Source: Rhizobiaceae bacterium (GTDB taxonomy: Bacteria > Pseudomonadota > Alphaproteobacteria > Rhizobiales > Rhizobiaceae). From it: a DNA stretch of 64,000 bases. The notes under the pieces were generated by a model. The model did no database searches, was not told where the DNA came from, and saw nothing but the letters and a program-made list of their open reading frames with translations. The translations under genes and the position numbers were made by a program. The stretch lies in the NCBI GenBank assembly GCA_965230715.1, contig CBDDLK010000001.1:2738656-2802655 (forward strand), in the 5' to 3' direction. Shown here in pieces: positions 37,951 through 47,588 of this stretch. How positions within the stretch are numbered: the first letter of the stretch is position 1; each line of letters opens with the position of its first letter.

Positions 37951-38229
37951 TCTCCATTTGGTTCACATTTATCTGCAAACCAATGTGCCATCGCAGAACG
38001 CGCAAAAACAGTCTTTCCAAAGAAGAAAAAGAAAAATCAAAACAGTCGGGAGAAACGACCACAATCCGCCCCACATTTCACGGCCCGTTTAAGGACGAAC
38101 CAACCACATTCAGATTACTACCCAACATGGCAGCAGGCAGGTGTCAACACATTGCGCTGAGTTCATGCAGTGTTGCAAGCAAAGGGCGAAGCTCATCCAG
38201 AGCTGATGTCAGTCTCACGCAGAGCCGCC

Positions 38230-39375
38230 TTACAGCACTGCCTCAAATAATGCCCTTGTGTTCTCCGGTGTCATTTCAACCGGATTTCCGCCGGTGCTCG
38301 GATCGCGAAGCGCGGCTTCGGTCAACGCATCCAGGTCGGGATTTTCAACACCAAGCCCAGTCAGGGTTTTTGGTATCGACATTGATTGATTAAGTTCATC
38401 TACATAGGCGCAAAAGCCTTCAAATCCGCCATCGATGCCCAAGTATGCAGACACTGATGAAAACCGTTCCCGTATGGCGGCGGAATTGAATTGTAGAACT
38501 GCCGGCATACAAACCGCGTTGGTTGTTCCATGATGGGTGTGATGGACAGCCCCGATCGGGTGGCTAAGGGCGTGAATTGCCCCCAAACCTTTCTGGAAGG
38601 CTGTCGCGCCCATGGCCGCAGCTGACATCATGTTTGCGCGTGCTTCTATGTCAGTTCCATCAGCATATGCACGGGGAAGAAATTCCTTGACCAGCCGCAT
38701 CCCTTCCAAGGCAATGCCCTGGCTCATCGGATGATAATGTGGGCTGGAATAGGCTTCCACGCAATGGGCAAATGCATCCAGTCCGGTCCCTGCCGTGATG
38801 AATTTTGGCATTCCCACTGTCAGCTCCGGATCGCAAATCACCACAGACGGAAGCATCTTCGGGTGGAAGATGATCTTTTTCTCATTACTTTGTGAGTTGG
38901 TGATAACTGAAGCGCGGCCAACTTCGGACCCGGTTCCAGCGGTTGTCGGCACAGCGACGATCGGCGCAATTATGTCGGGATTTGCTCGTGTCCACCAATC
39001 GCCAATATCTTCAAAATCCCATAGCGAACGGATTTGACCCGCCATGAAAGCAATGACTTTTGCCAGGTCCAGTCCGGAGCCTCCGCCAAATGCGATGACC
39101 CCATCGTAGTCACCGTCTTTAAACGCCCGAACACCTTCACTGGCATTCTTGTCCGTCGGATTTGGATCGACCTCGCAGAACATTCCCCGACCAAAACCTG
39201 CCTGCTCGATCAGATCAAGCGTGGTTTTTGTGATATCCATGTCCGCCAAACCTTTGTCGGTTACAAGCAGTGGCTTGCTGATACCTGCCGATTGACATGC
39301 TTCGGCAATCTCCGTGATGCGACCTGCGCCGAAACGCATGGAGGTGGGGTATGACCAGTTTCCAATTAATGTCAT
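38230..39375 (-). CDS. iron-containing (group III) alcohol dehydrogenase
   Basis: It has the GGGSGLD nucleotide motif and the His cluster AIHALSHPIGAVHHTHHG. Its ATG overlaps the ALDH stop (TAATG). Confidence 0.9.
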   Translation of the reverse strand: MTLIGNWSYPTSMRFGAGRITEIAEACQSAGISKPLLVTDKGLADMDITKTTLDLIEQAGFGRGMFCEVDPNPTDKNASEGVRAFKDGDYDGVIAFGGGSGLDLAKVIAFMAGQIRSLWDFEDIGDWWTRANPDIIAPIVAVPTTAGTGSEVGRASVITNSQSNEKKIIFHPKMLPSVVICDPELTVGMPKFITAGTGLDAFAHCVEAYSSPHYHPMSQGIALEGMRLVKEFLPRAYADGTDIEARANMMSAAAMGATAFQKGLGAIHALSHPIGAVHHTHHGTTNAVCMPAVLQFNSAAIRERFSSVSAYLGIDGGFEGFCAYVDELNQSMSIPKTLTGLGVENPDLDALTEAALRDPSTGGNPVEMTPENTRALFEAVL

Positions 39376-40757
39376 TACTGTTTGGCTTTCTTCATATGAT
39401 ATGATTTAGGACGCGTGAGGTTATGGTAACCAATGACAGACAAGCCGCCGCCGCGACCTGTATCCTTGCAACCGGTCCAGCAAAGGGCCGGATCAAGATA
39501 GTCACACCGGTTCATGAAAACGGTACCGGTTTCGATGGAATCGGCAATTTTTTCTGCCCGTGTTATATCTCTCGTCCATAACGAAGCGGTAAGCCCGAAG
39601 TCGCTGTCATTCATCAGCGAAATGGCCTCGTCATCGTCTTTGACCGGCATGATACCGACAACCGGCCCGAAACTCTCCTCTCGCATAACGCGCATGTCAT
39701 GGCTAACATTGGTGAGAATTTGGGGTGTGAGATAAGCGCCGCCATCATCTTCATCAAATTTTGAGATATGGGCTACCGCACCCGCTTCCACCGCTTCGTT
39801 GATTTGGCTCCTGACTTCATTCGCAAAACGTACGTGAGCCATAGGCCCAAGAGTGGTATCAGGATCAAGAGGATTACCGAGTTTATATCCTTCTACGATC
39901 TTGACCGCTTTCTTTACAAATTCATCGAACAGGGATTGGACGACATAAATTCGTTCAATTCCGCAACAACATTGGCCGGAGTTAAACATCGCACCATCGA
40001 TCAACGTGTCGACTGCCGCATCAAGATCGGCGTCTTCCAGGACATAACCCGGGTCTTTTCCGCCAAGCTCCAGGCCAACACCGGTAAACGTTCCGGCAGC
40101 AGCCCGCTCGATCGCTTTTCCGCCCCCGACCGAACCGGTGAAATTGATGAAATCGAACAAACCTTCCGCGATAAGCGTTTCTGTTACATCATGATCAAGA
40201 AAAACATTCTGAAACACTTCTCTTGGAACGCCAGCCGAATGAAAGGCATCAACCATTCGTTCACCAGCAAGCAGGGTCTGGGAGGAGTGTTTCAAAAGCA
40301 CTGTGTTACCCGCGATCAATGCAGGTGCCACTGTGTTTATTGCTGTCATGAAAGGGTAGTTCCATGGTGCGATGACCAGCACTACGCCATGCGGCACACG
40401 TTTAATGTATCTCTTGAAGTTATCATCATCAGATATTTCAATCGGAGCCAAAGCCTCATCAGCGATCTCAGCCATATGGCTTGCTCGTTCATTAAATCCG
40501 CCAAATTCACCGCCATAACGGACCGGTCGCCCCATTTGTTTTGCAAGTTCAGGAACAATTTCGACGTCGAGTTTTCCGACAGCAGCCACTCCTGCCATAA
40601 CAAGGTCAATGCGTTCTTGAAGAGGACGTGCTGCCCATGCAGCTTGTGCACTTCTTAATTCGGCAACAACCGAAGCGCCCGTTTGGTAGTGAACCGTTTC
40701 GCGTTCAGCGAAGTTTGAACCGTCAATCGGCGAAACGCATTGTATTACTTTGGTCAT
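39375..40757 (-). CDS. NAD(P)-dependent aldehyde dehydrogenase
   Basis: It has ELGGKDP and FNSGQCCCGIER (catalytic Cys). Confidence 0.9.
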   Translation of the reverse strand: MTKVIQCVSPIDGSNFAERETVHYQTGASVVAELRSAQAAWAARPLQERIDLVMAGVAAVGKLDVEIVPELAKQMGRPVRYGGEFGGFNERASHMAEIADEALAPIEISDDDNFKRYIKRVPHGVVLVIAPWNYPFMTAINTVAPALIAGNTVLLKHSSQTLLAGERMVDAFHSAGVPREVFQNVFLDHDVTETLIAEGLFDFINFTGSVGGGKAIERAAAGTFTGVGLELGGKDPGYVLEDADLDAAVDTLIDGAMFNSGQCCCGIERIYVVQSLFDEFVKKAVKIVEGYKLGNPLDPDTTLGPMAHVRFANEVRSQINEAVEAGAVAHISKFDEDDGGAYLTPQILTNVSHDMRVMREESFGPVVGIMPVKDDDEAISLMNDSDFGLTASLWTRDITRAEKIADSIETGTVFMNRCDYLDPALCWTGCKDTGRGGGLSVIGYHNLTRPKSYHMKKAKQ

Positions 40758-40771
40758 TCTTCTTTTTCCAA

Positions 40772-42136
40772 TTACGCTTTCTCAAACCCGCGCGCTAATT
40801 CATAATCTGTCACAATGCGATCAAACTCTTCCTGTTCCCATTCAGCACAACGATAATAGTGATCAACCACATCGTCTCCAAAGGCGGTTCGCAACATATT
40901 GGACTCCTTCAGTTTCACCATTGCATCCCGAAGGTTGCCGGGAATCTGTTTGATTTTCATAGCCTGATAGGCATCTCCCTCAAACGGACCTTGAAGCTCA
41001 AGCTTTTCTTCAATGCCGGCTATTCCGGCGGCCAATTGCGCAGCCATGGCCAAGTACGGATTGATATCCGACCCCCCGACACGGCATTCGACCCGTATGG
41101 CTTTGGTTCCGCCCCCACAGAGGCGAAAGCTTGCTGTGCGATTGTCAATCGACCACATAATACCGGTTGGGGCGAACGTCCCTTTCTGAAAACGCTTGTA
41201 GCTATTCACATACGGGGCCAGAAAAATGGTCGTATCTGCGGCATACTTAAGCAGTCCCGCCAGATACTGGCGCATGATGTCAGACATGCCGAGTTTATCA
41301 GTTTTGTCGAAAAAGGCCGAACTTCCATCCTTCCAAAGAGACTGATGAATATGGGAAGAAGAGCCGACTTTTTCGTGATGCCACTTTGGGAGAAAAGTTG
41401 CAGAATGGCCGTTTTGCCAGGCTATTTCCTTGACCGCATGTTTGGCTATGGTGTGATGATCAGCACAATTCAGTGGGGCATCATATTTGATGTTTAATTC
41501 CTCCTGCCCGGCTTCGGCTTCTCCTTTGGAATTTTCTACCGGAATACCCGCCGCAAAAAGGTGATTGCGGATTGGCCGCATCACATGCTCTTCCTTGGTG
41601 GTTTGCAGAATGTGGTAGTCTTCGTTATAGCCACTGATGGGCTTGAGGTTCCGATAACCTTCTTTACGAAGCTCTTCGAGACTCTTCTCAAAAAGAAAGA
41701 ACTCCAGTTCAGTTGCCATTGCTGCTTCAAAGCCAAGTTCTTTCAGGCGCTGAATCTGGCGCTTCAATACCTGCCGGGGAGAATGCGCCACAGGTTCATG
41801 GGTGTGATGATCAAGAACATCACACAAAACCATTGCGGTGCCCTCGAGCCAGGGAACAGGGCGTAACGTTTCCAGATCCGGCTTCATGATATAGTCGCCA
41901 TATCCGGATTCCCAACTGGTCGAGGCATAACCGTCCGGGGTTGCCATCTCCAGATCTGTCGCAAGCAGGTAGTTACAGCAGTGGGTTTCTTCCCACGCGC
42001 TGTCAACAAAATGCTGGGCGACAAATCGCTTGCCCATCAAACGGCCTTGCATATCAACAATGCAGACCAAAATTGTATCGATCTCTCCATCGCTGACAAG
42101 TGATTTCAGTTTTTCAAAGGGTAATGTGCTCGCCAT
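40772..42136 (-). CDS. glutamine-synthetase-like gamma-glutamyl-amine synthetase (PuuA/GlnA-paralogue type)
   Basis: It has GS catalytic-domain features (NSKGEAEAGQEELN, SSSHIHQSLW, NSYKRF, NRTASFRL). The ATG is at 42136. Confidence 0.85.
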   Translation of the reverse strand: MASTLPFEKLKSLVSDGEIDTILVCIVDMQGRLMGKRFVAQHFVDSAWEETHCCNYLLATDLEMATPDGYASTSWESGYGDYIMKPDLETLRPVPWLEGTAMVLCDVLDHHTHEPVAHSPRQVLKRQIQRLKELGFEAAMATELEFFLFEKSLEELRKEGYRNLKPISGYNEDYHILQTTKEEHVMRPIRNHLFAAGIPVENSKGEAEAGQEELNIKYDAPLNCADHHTIAKHAVKEIAWQNGHSATFLPKWHHEKVGSSSHIHQSLWKDGSSAFFDKTDKLGMSDIMRQYLAGLLKYAADTTIFLAPYVNSYKRFQKGTFAPTGIMWSIDNRTASFRLCGGGTKAIRVECRVGGSDINPYLAMAAQLAAGIAGIEEKLELQGPFEGDAYQAMKIKQIPGNLRDAMVKLKESNMLRTAFGDDVVDHYYRCAEWEQEEFDRIVTDYELARGFEKA

Positions 42137-42157
42137 GAATTCTCTTCTTTTCCAGCA

Positions 42158-42187
42158 AAAGAGGCAGTGCTGCTGCACTGCCTCTTT
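42158..42187 (-). terminator. perfect 13-bp stem-loop between the dctP-type and GS-like genes (attenuator or mRNA-stability element)
   Basis: The sequence is AAAGAGGCAGTGC-tgct-GCACTGCCTCTTT. No T-run follows on the transcribed strand. Confidence 0.5.
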
Positions 42188-42201
42188 CAGTCAACAACTG
42201 A

Positions 42202-43236
42202 TTATCCGTAACGATAGGGTCGGCCCGCTTTAATCATATCAGCATTGTATTTCTTAAAGATGTCTACGACCCTGCGTTTCACATCAGACTCTGCGGCGAT
42301 CTCTTCCCAGAAAACCTGGGCAGCGTCTTCGACCTGCTTCCATTCCTCATCAGGTATTGAGGTTAGTTCCATCTTGGTACCATTGACCCGCAAGGCTGCT
42401 TCCCCTCCCCAGTACCACCACTGACGATAGTAATGAGACTGATCGCAACAAACCCTGAAGAGAGTCTGCAAATCTTCCGGCAGTTCATTCCAACGGTCCA
42501 TATTTGCGAAGAATGACCCCGCCCAAGCGCCGGAAATGTTGTTGGTGAGGAAGTAGTTTGTAACATCTGCCCAGCCAACGGTGTAATCTTCGGTAATGCC
42601 AGACCAGGCTATTCCATCAAGTTCACCGGTTTGGACCGCAACTTCAATATCCTCCCAGGGCAATGTAACCGGCACGACACCAAACTGTGTCAGGAAGCGG
42701 CCAGCCGTCGGGAAAGTAAAGACGCGCTTGCCTTTTAGGTCAGCAAGACTACGGATCGGATCTTTCGTGGCGAAGTGACATGGGTCCCACGAACCGGCAG
42801 AAACATGCTTCACGCCGACTTTGGAATATTCTTCGTCCCAGATCTCATTAAGCCCGTACTGGTTAAACAAGACCGGCACGTCGAGAGAATAACGGGAACC
42901 AAACGGAAAATAACCGCCAAACACGGTAACTTCCGTTGGCGATGCCATTGAATCGTCATCCGATTGCACCGCGTCAATGGTACCTCTTTGCATTGCTTGA
43001 AACAGTTCACCCGTAGGCACAAGCTGATCGCCGAAAAACAGCTCAATTTGCATTCTGTCGCCTGCAATTTTGTTGAACATTTCGACAGCAGGTGTAACAA
43101 CATGCGCCGCCAGTGAAGCGCCTGCATAGGTCTGCATTCGCCATTTGATTGTTGATTGCGCTATCGCTGGTGTCGCTAAAGCTGCTGCTGGAGCAGCGAC
43201 AGCTGCCCCCTTAATAAACGTACGTCTTGTGGTCAT
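42202..43236 (-). CDS. TRAP substrate-binding protein, Tat-signal subfamily (mannitol/chloroaromatic-type DctP)
   Basis: The twin-arginine signal is MTTRRTFIKGAAVAAPAAALATPAIA. Length is 344 aa. Confidence 0.88.
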   Translation of the reverse strand: MTTRRTFIKGAAVAAPAAALATPAIAQSTIKWRMQTYAGASLAAHVVTPAVEMFNKIAGDRMQIELFFGDQLVPTGELFQAMQRGTIDAVQSDDDSMASPTEVTVFGGYFPFGSRYSLDVPVLFNQYGLNEIWDEEYSKVGVKHVSAGSWDPCHFATKDPIRSLADLKGKRVFTFPTAGRFLTQFGVVPVTLPWEDIEVAVQTGELDGIAWSGITEDYTVGWADVTNYFLTNNISGAWAGSFFANMDRWNELPEDLQTLFRVCCDQSHYYRQWWYWGGEAALRVNGTKMELTSIPDEEWKQVEDAAQVFWEEIAAESDVKRRVVDIFKKYNADMIKAGRPYRYG

Positions 43237-43304
43237 GATAACCTCCCTTGGTTGGACTCCGTTTTAAGTTTGGTTGGAAAACCTCCATTGCTTCCAAGTC
43301 ATTT

Positions 43305-44627
43305 TCATCTCCCATAAACATACTCCGGCAACCAAAGTGCTATCTGCGGAAATGCCATTATGAGAATTAGTGCAAGTATCATCACGCCTACAAATGGCAT
43401 TATTGATACGTATATGTCTTTGAGTGAGATTTGTGGCGGCGCCATTGCCCGCATCAGAAACAAGTTATACCCGAATGGGGGGGTCATGTAGGCGATCTGC
43501 GTTGTGATCGTATAAAGTACACCGTACCAAATGAGATCAAAACCGAGCAACTTCACAAGTGGAACATAAAGCGGCGCAACAATCACCAGCATCGCAGTAT
43601 CATCCAGAAATGTACCCATTAGAATAAACGACAATTGCATCAGGATGAGGATCATCCACGGATCAAGTCCGAGCTGCTCTGTAAAGAGGTTGTCAATCGC
43701 ACGAACAGCGCCCAAGCCGTCAAATACCGCCCCAAATCCGAGTGCAGCGAGTATGATCCACATGAACATGCATGAAATAGCCAACGTCTGGCGAACCGAA
43801 ACCTCAAAAACCGAACGGGTCATCCTGCCCTTTACTATGGCCGCAACAAAAGCAGCCATCGCGCCAATCGCAGAGCTCTCAACCAGGGATGTCCAGCCAT
43901 TCACAAACGGCACCATCATCGCCGCAAAAATTATAAACGGAAGCAGGCCGGCTCTTAACATGCGCAGTTTTTCGGAAAATGGCACGTTACGTTCTTCATC
44001 GTCCAGGGCAGGACCAAGCTGTGGCTGTATCTTGCATCGTATATAGATGTAGAGGATAAACATTGCTGCCATCATCAAACCGGGAACAATTCCTGCAAGC
44101 CAGAGTTGTCCCACCGGCTGGCGGGCAATCATGGCATATAGAACGAGCACAACCGATGGCGGAACCAGTATCCCCAGAGATGAACCAGCCTGAATGACAC
44201 CGGTCACCATGATCTTGTCATATCCTCGGCGCAGAAGTTCCGGCAGCGCTATCGTTGCTCCGATTGCCATGCCTGCCACCGACAAACCATTCATTGCCGA
44301 GATAAGAACCATCAAGCCAATGGTCCCAATCGCCAGACCGCCATTAACCGGGCCCATCCAGACGTGAAACATTCGGTAAAGATCATCGGCCAGCTTGGAT
44401 TCTGATAGTATGTAGCCCATGAATATAAACATCGGCAGCGTAAGCAGCGGATACCACTTCATCAACTTCATGGCTGCTGAAAACGGGATGTCTGCTCCAC
44501 CTGTTCCCCACAGGGAAATCGCAAAAATCGCACCGATTGCACCAATAGCGCCAAATACTCGTTGACCGGTAAAGAGCATGAGCATCATCGTCGCAAACAT
44601 GAAAATGGCGATCATTTCCTGGGACAT
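43305..44627 (-). CDS. TRAP transporter large permease (DctM family)
   Basis: It is a 440-aa polytopic protein that overlaps the DctQ gene by 16 nt. Confidence 0.9.
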   Translation of the reverse strand: MSQEMIAIFMFATMMLMLFTGQRVFGAIGAIGAIFAISLWGTGGADIPFSAAMKLMKWYPLLTLPMFIFMGYILSESKLADDLYRMFHVWMGPVNGGLAIGTIGLMVLISAMNGLSVAGMAIGATIALPELLRRGYDKIMVTGVIQAGSSLGILVPPSVVLVLYAMIARQPVGQLWLAGIVPGLMMAAMFILYIYIRCKIQPQLGPALDDEERNVPFSEKLRMLRAGLLPFIIFAAMMVPFVNGWTSLVESSAIGAMAAFVAAIVKGRMTRSVFEVSVRQTLAISCMFMWIILAALGFGAVFDGLGAVRAIDNLFTEQLGLDPWMILILMQLSFILMGTFLDDTAMLVIVAPLYVPLVKLLGFDLIWYGVLYTITTQIAYMTPPFGYNLFLMRAMAPPQISLKDIYVSIMPFVGVMILALILIMAFPQIALWLPEYVYGR

Positions 44628-45193
44628 TGCAACTCTACTCCCCTGATTTTCGCCATGTCTTTAATCAGCTCTGAAATCGCCTGAAGCAACATCAGGAAGA
44701 TACCGAGACACATAATCAATTTGACCGGCCACAAGTACGGTCGCCAAGCTGTCGGACTTCGTTCAAGGCGTCCAACGCTGTCAGAGCCGGACAGCAAATT
44801 AGCGAAGAAGCCGTATGTATCTCCCTTGAAATGCCCAAGCGAGTAGGCCAGGGAGTTCAAGCCGCCATGCAACAATACGCCCAGGTAAAAAAGCAAGAAC
44901 AACACCGTTAGCGCGTCAATTTGGGCTTTGCGATGGGTCGTCCACTCCGCATAGAACAAGTCCATTCGTACGCTCGAACCAAGTTGCATGGAATAGGGAC
45001 CACCCATTATGTAGTAGGTCACCAACGCAAATTGAGCAATTTCCAGAGTCCAAAGTGAAGGGTTGAAAAAAGTTTTCGAAACAGAAGACCAGATCAGAAT
45101 GCCCACCATCACGAATATCCCGTACATCATGATGCGGCCAATACGGTAATTCACAGCATCAACTGCATGAACATATTTGGCAGCCAGGCTCAT
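44612..45193 (-). CDS. TRAP transporter small permease (DctQ family)
   Basis: It is a 193-aa, 4-TM protein. Confidence 0.85.
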   Translation of the reverse strand: MSLAAKYVHAVDAVNYRIGRIMMYGIFVMVGILIWSSVSKTFFNPSLWTLEIAQFALVTYYIMGGPYSMQLGSSVRMDLFYAEWTTHRKAQIDALTVLFLLFYLGVLLHGGLNSLAYSLGHFKGDTYGFFANLLSGSDSVGRLERSPTAWRPYLWPVKLIMCLGIFLMLLQAISELIKDMAKIRGVELQCPRK

Positions 45194-46002
45194 GCGTGCT
45201 TCCCCAGTTTTTGTTGCGTGGAGAGGAGCGTCTGAAGTGAGGTCGAGATTAGTCCGGCAAGCATTTCTGCCATTTTCTGACAGGCAACCTCTGTTTCAAT
45301 CAGATCATTTCGGATTTCAATCATGACATTTGGGATTGCGTTTTCCAGGCCGTGTTTTTTCAACGTATGTGTAACACCATGCTCTGGTCCGTATGGTTCA
45401 TTTCTTTTCACCACATGATTTGTAAATTCCCGGCATGACATCATCATCGCCTCTGCCAAGGCTGCATCCTGGTCGTGTAAAACCCCAATTTCAACATCAC
45501 GGGAGATGCCGTTATAGACCGGTGTAAAACTGTGAATGGTAATCAGGGCGCTACTTCTGGCGGCGGCTTTTTCAAGACAATCCTGAAAAGGCTCGTAAAT
45601 ATTTTGAATTCTGAAAATACGATCGTCGTTCCCAAGATTCAGATTGCCCGGGATATCATAAATCTCGCTCCTGGCCGGCATGGCATCATGCGCTTCAGGG
45701 GGGCGATTGCAGTCATAAACAAGCCTGGAGACTTTCCCCAATACACATTGCGCATTCAGAATTTCCGAAAGTTCGGTTGCAACATGCGCTGCACCGGGGT
45801 CCCAGGCAATGTGGCTTTCAAGCAAGGACTGAGAAAGCCCAAGGCCTTCAAATTCAGGAGGAATAAAATTCGAGGCATGTTCACAGACGATCAAGATTGG
45901 ACTGTCTCCATCCCGACTACGGAATTCAACTGCTTCAAAAGCACCATCTGCAGATACCATTTCCATAACTCCGGAACAGGCCTCCTTACCCATAATGTAC
46001 AT
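45190..46002 (-). CDS. N-formylglutamate amidohydrolase (FGase)-family hydrolase
   Basis: PILIVCEHASNFIP, VYDCNR and ITIHSFTP follow the FGase-family motif order. The start could be 46002, 45993 or 45966. Confidence 0.75.
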   Translation of the reverse strand: MYIMGKEACSGVMEMVSADGAFEAVEFRSRDGDSPILIVCEHASNFIPPEFEGLGLSQSLLESHIAWDPGAAHVATELSEILNAQCVLGKVSRLVYDCNRPPEAHDAMPARSEIYDIPGNLNLGNDDRIFRIQNIYEPFQDCLEKAAARSSALITIHSFTPVYNGISRDVEIGVLHDQDAALAEAMMMSCREFTNHVVKRNEPYGPEHGVTHTLKKHGLENAIPNVMIEIRNDLIETEVACQKMAEMLAGLISTSLQTLLSTQQKLGKHA

Positions 46003-46007
46003 TTTTC

Positions 46008-46046
46008 TTCAAAAGAGTTGCAATTGTCAATATATCTTCTTTTGAA
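46008..46046. promoter_or_regulatory. inverted repeat in the FGase/RpiR divergent region (candidate operator)
   Basis: TTCAAAAGA (46008-46016) and TCTTTTGAA (46038-46046) are perfect 9-bp arms. They flank a 21-nt spacer containing CAATTG. Confidence 0.3.
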
Positions 46047-46094
46047 ACTTGGAACACTTTCCTCTAAGGGTAAGGAAACTTCGGGAGGCAGTTT

Positions 46095-46958
46095 TTGTCA
46101 GAGATCACAATCGCAGAGCGGCTTCGATTCAGAAACGATGAGCTTACACGTTCTGAGCGACAACTGGCTGATATCATTCTGAAGAATTATCCTGCCTCCG
46201 GCCTTGGAACGATCACCACTCTTGCGGCAAGCGCAGGCGTTTCGACGCCAACGGTTGCCCGGCTCGTTCAGAAACTGGGATTTTCCGGATTCCCGGATTT
46301 TCAGGCTGGGCTTCGAAAAGAACTGAACGAGAAAATTTCCGGTCCGATCAACAAACGGAATGTGTGGGCGAACAACGTACCTGACGGCCACATCATGAAT
46401 CGCTTCACAGATGCGGTGATTGACAATATTCGCCAGACGCTCGGTGAAGTTGATACCGAAACATTTGAACGAGCGTGCGATTTAATTGGTGACAGAGCGC
46501 GTTGTGTATTTGTGGTCGGAGGCAGAATTACCAGAACTTTGGCCGATCATTTCTTCTTGCACGCACAAGTAATCAGGCCAGATGTTACCCACATCAATTC
46601 CAACTCCAACGCCTGGCCCCATTATTTGTTGGACATCAAGGAAGGTGATGTCGTTGTCATATTCGACATTCGCCGTTATGAAAACAGCACGTTGCGCCTG
46701 GCCGAATTCGCAAATGAAAAGAAGGCGGAGATCATTCTTTTTACAGATCAATGGCAATCACCGGTCGCTACAATCGCAAAAGTTGTCTTCAGCAATCGGA
46801 TAGCGGTTCCCTCCGCTTGGGATTCTCTTGTCACCGCCATGCTGCTTACAGAAATTATCATTGCGGATGTTCAGGAACGGATTTGGGGAACTACCCGCGA
46901 GCGTATGGAAGAACTAGAGGATATGTTCGACCGCACCAAGTTTTTCAGGAAGTTTTGA
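46095..46958 (+). CDS. RpiR/MurR-family regulator (HTH + SIS domain)
   Basis: It has an N-terminal HTH (GTITTLAASAGVSTPTVARLVQKLGF) and a C-terminal SIS-like domain. The TTG start lies 6 nt after GGGAGG. Confidence 0.85.
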   Translation: MSEITIAERLRFRNDELTRSERQLADIILKNYPASGLGTITTLAASAGVSTPTVARLVQKLGFSGFPDFQAGLRKELNEKISGPINKRNVWANNVPDGHIMNRFTDAVIDNIRQTLGEVDTETFERACDLIGDRARCVFVVGGRITRTLADHFFLHAQVIRPDVTHINSNSNAWPHYLLDIKEGDVVVIFDIRRYENSTLRLAEFANEKKAEIILFTDQWQSPVATIAKVVFSNRIAVPSAWDSLVTAMLLTEIIIADVQERIWGTTRERMEELEDMFDRTKFFRKF

Positions 46959-47390
46959 TTTTATGCAGAGGTCCGGGCGTGCTCTGACAAGTGATCATTC
47001 TGGCGGCGATGATCTGTTATGTCAGATTGGCATTTCTACAATTCAAGTTTGGTCCGTTGAAAGAAACATCATTCGCCGCAAGACGACTGGTTCCACAAAC
47101 CAAGTCCCTGAAACCAAAAAGACTTCAGGCAGACTGAACTAATGCGGTTGAGTAAAAACGTTGTTCTGACTATATTGAGCCAGGGTGCAGAGGCATGGAT
47201 ACCCGGACATCGATCCGCGAGGGAACGCCGCCCCTCCTGCACTCTTTTATACATGCGCCCGGAATTTCCAGAGTGCTACAACGATGCCCTCAGCAAGCAC
47301 TTCTGCGTTAGAGCCCAACTGAAAATTAAGTTGAGTGATTTCAGTGGTTTGTGATTCCATGAATTTGTTTACGATTCTTGGAGAGCCACA

Positions 47391-47588
47391 TTGCCCTGGA
47401 ATGAAATCACCCGGCCGGACTATGACAGGCGTTTTCTTCGTTATGCAAGCGATTGTACCGATACAGAATGGAATCTGATTGCACCTTTTTTGATACGTGG
47501 CTCAAAAGTTGGTCGTCCCCGCACCCATTCAATGCGGCATGTCGGAAACGTAACTTCTTCATATGAATTCTCTCCTAAATCATTGTGA
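47391..47588 (+). pseudogene. N-terminal remnant of an IS5-like transposase
   Basis: PWNEITRPDYDRRFLRYASDCTDTEWNLIAPFLIRGSKVGRPRT matches the conserved N-terminus of IS5-type transposases. Similarity is lost after about 50 codons and there is no DDE domain. Confidence 0.7.

Noticed and set aside
38110-38196. A 28-codon Cys-rich ORF (MSFALCLQHCMNSAQCVDTCLLPCWVVI) just downstream of the alcohol dehydrogenase gene.
   Set aside because: It has no RBS, is very short, and lies in a region with no compositional coding signal. It is most likely chance.
39768-40658. A 296-aa plus-strand ORF. Similar long antisense ORFs occur at 22726-23385, 29094-29876, 11116-11850 and 3842-4492.
   Set aside because: Each is embedded antisense in a gene with clear family motifs (ALDH, CitE-like, HpaB-like, esterase, ALDH). 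None shows a recognisable domain or a ribosome-binding site.
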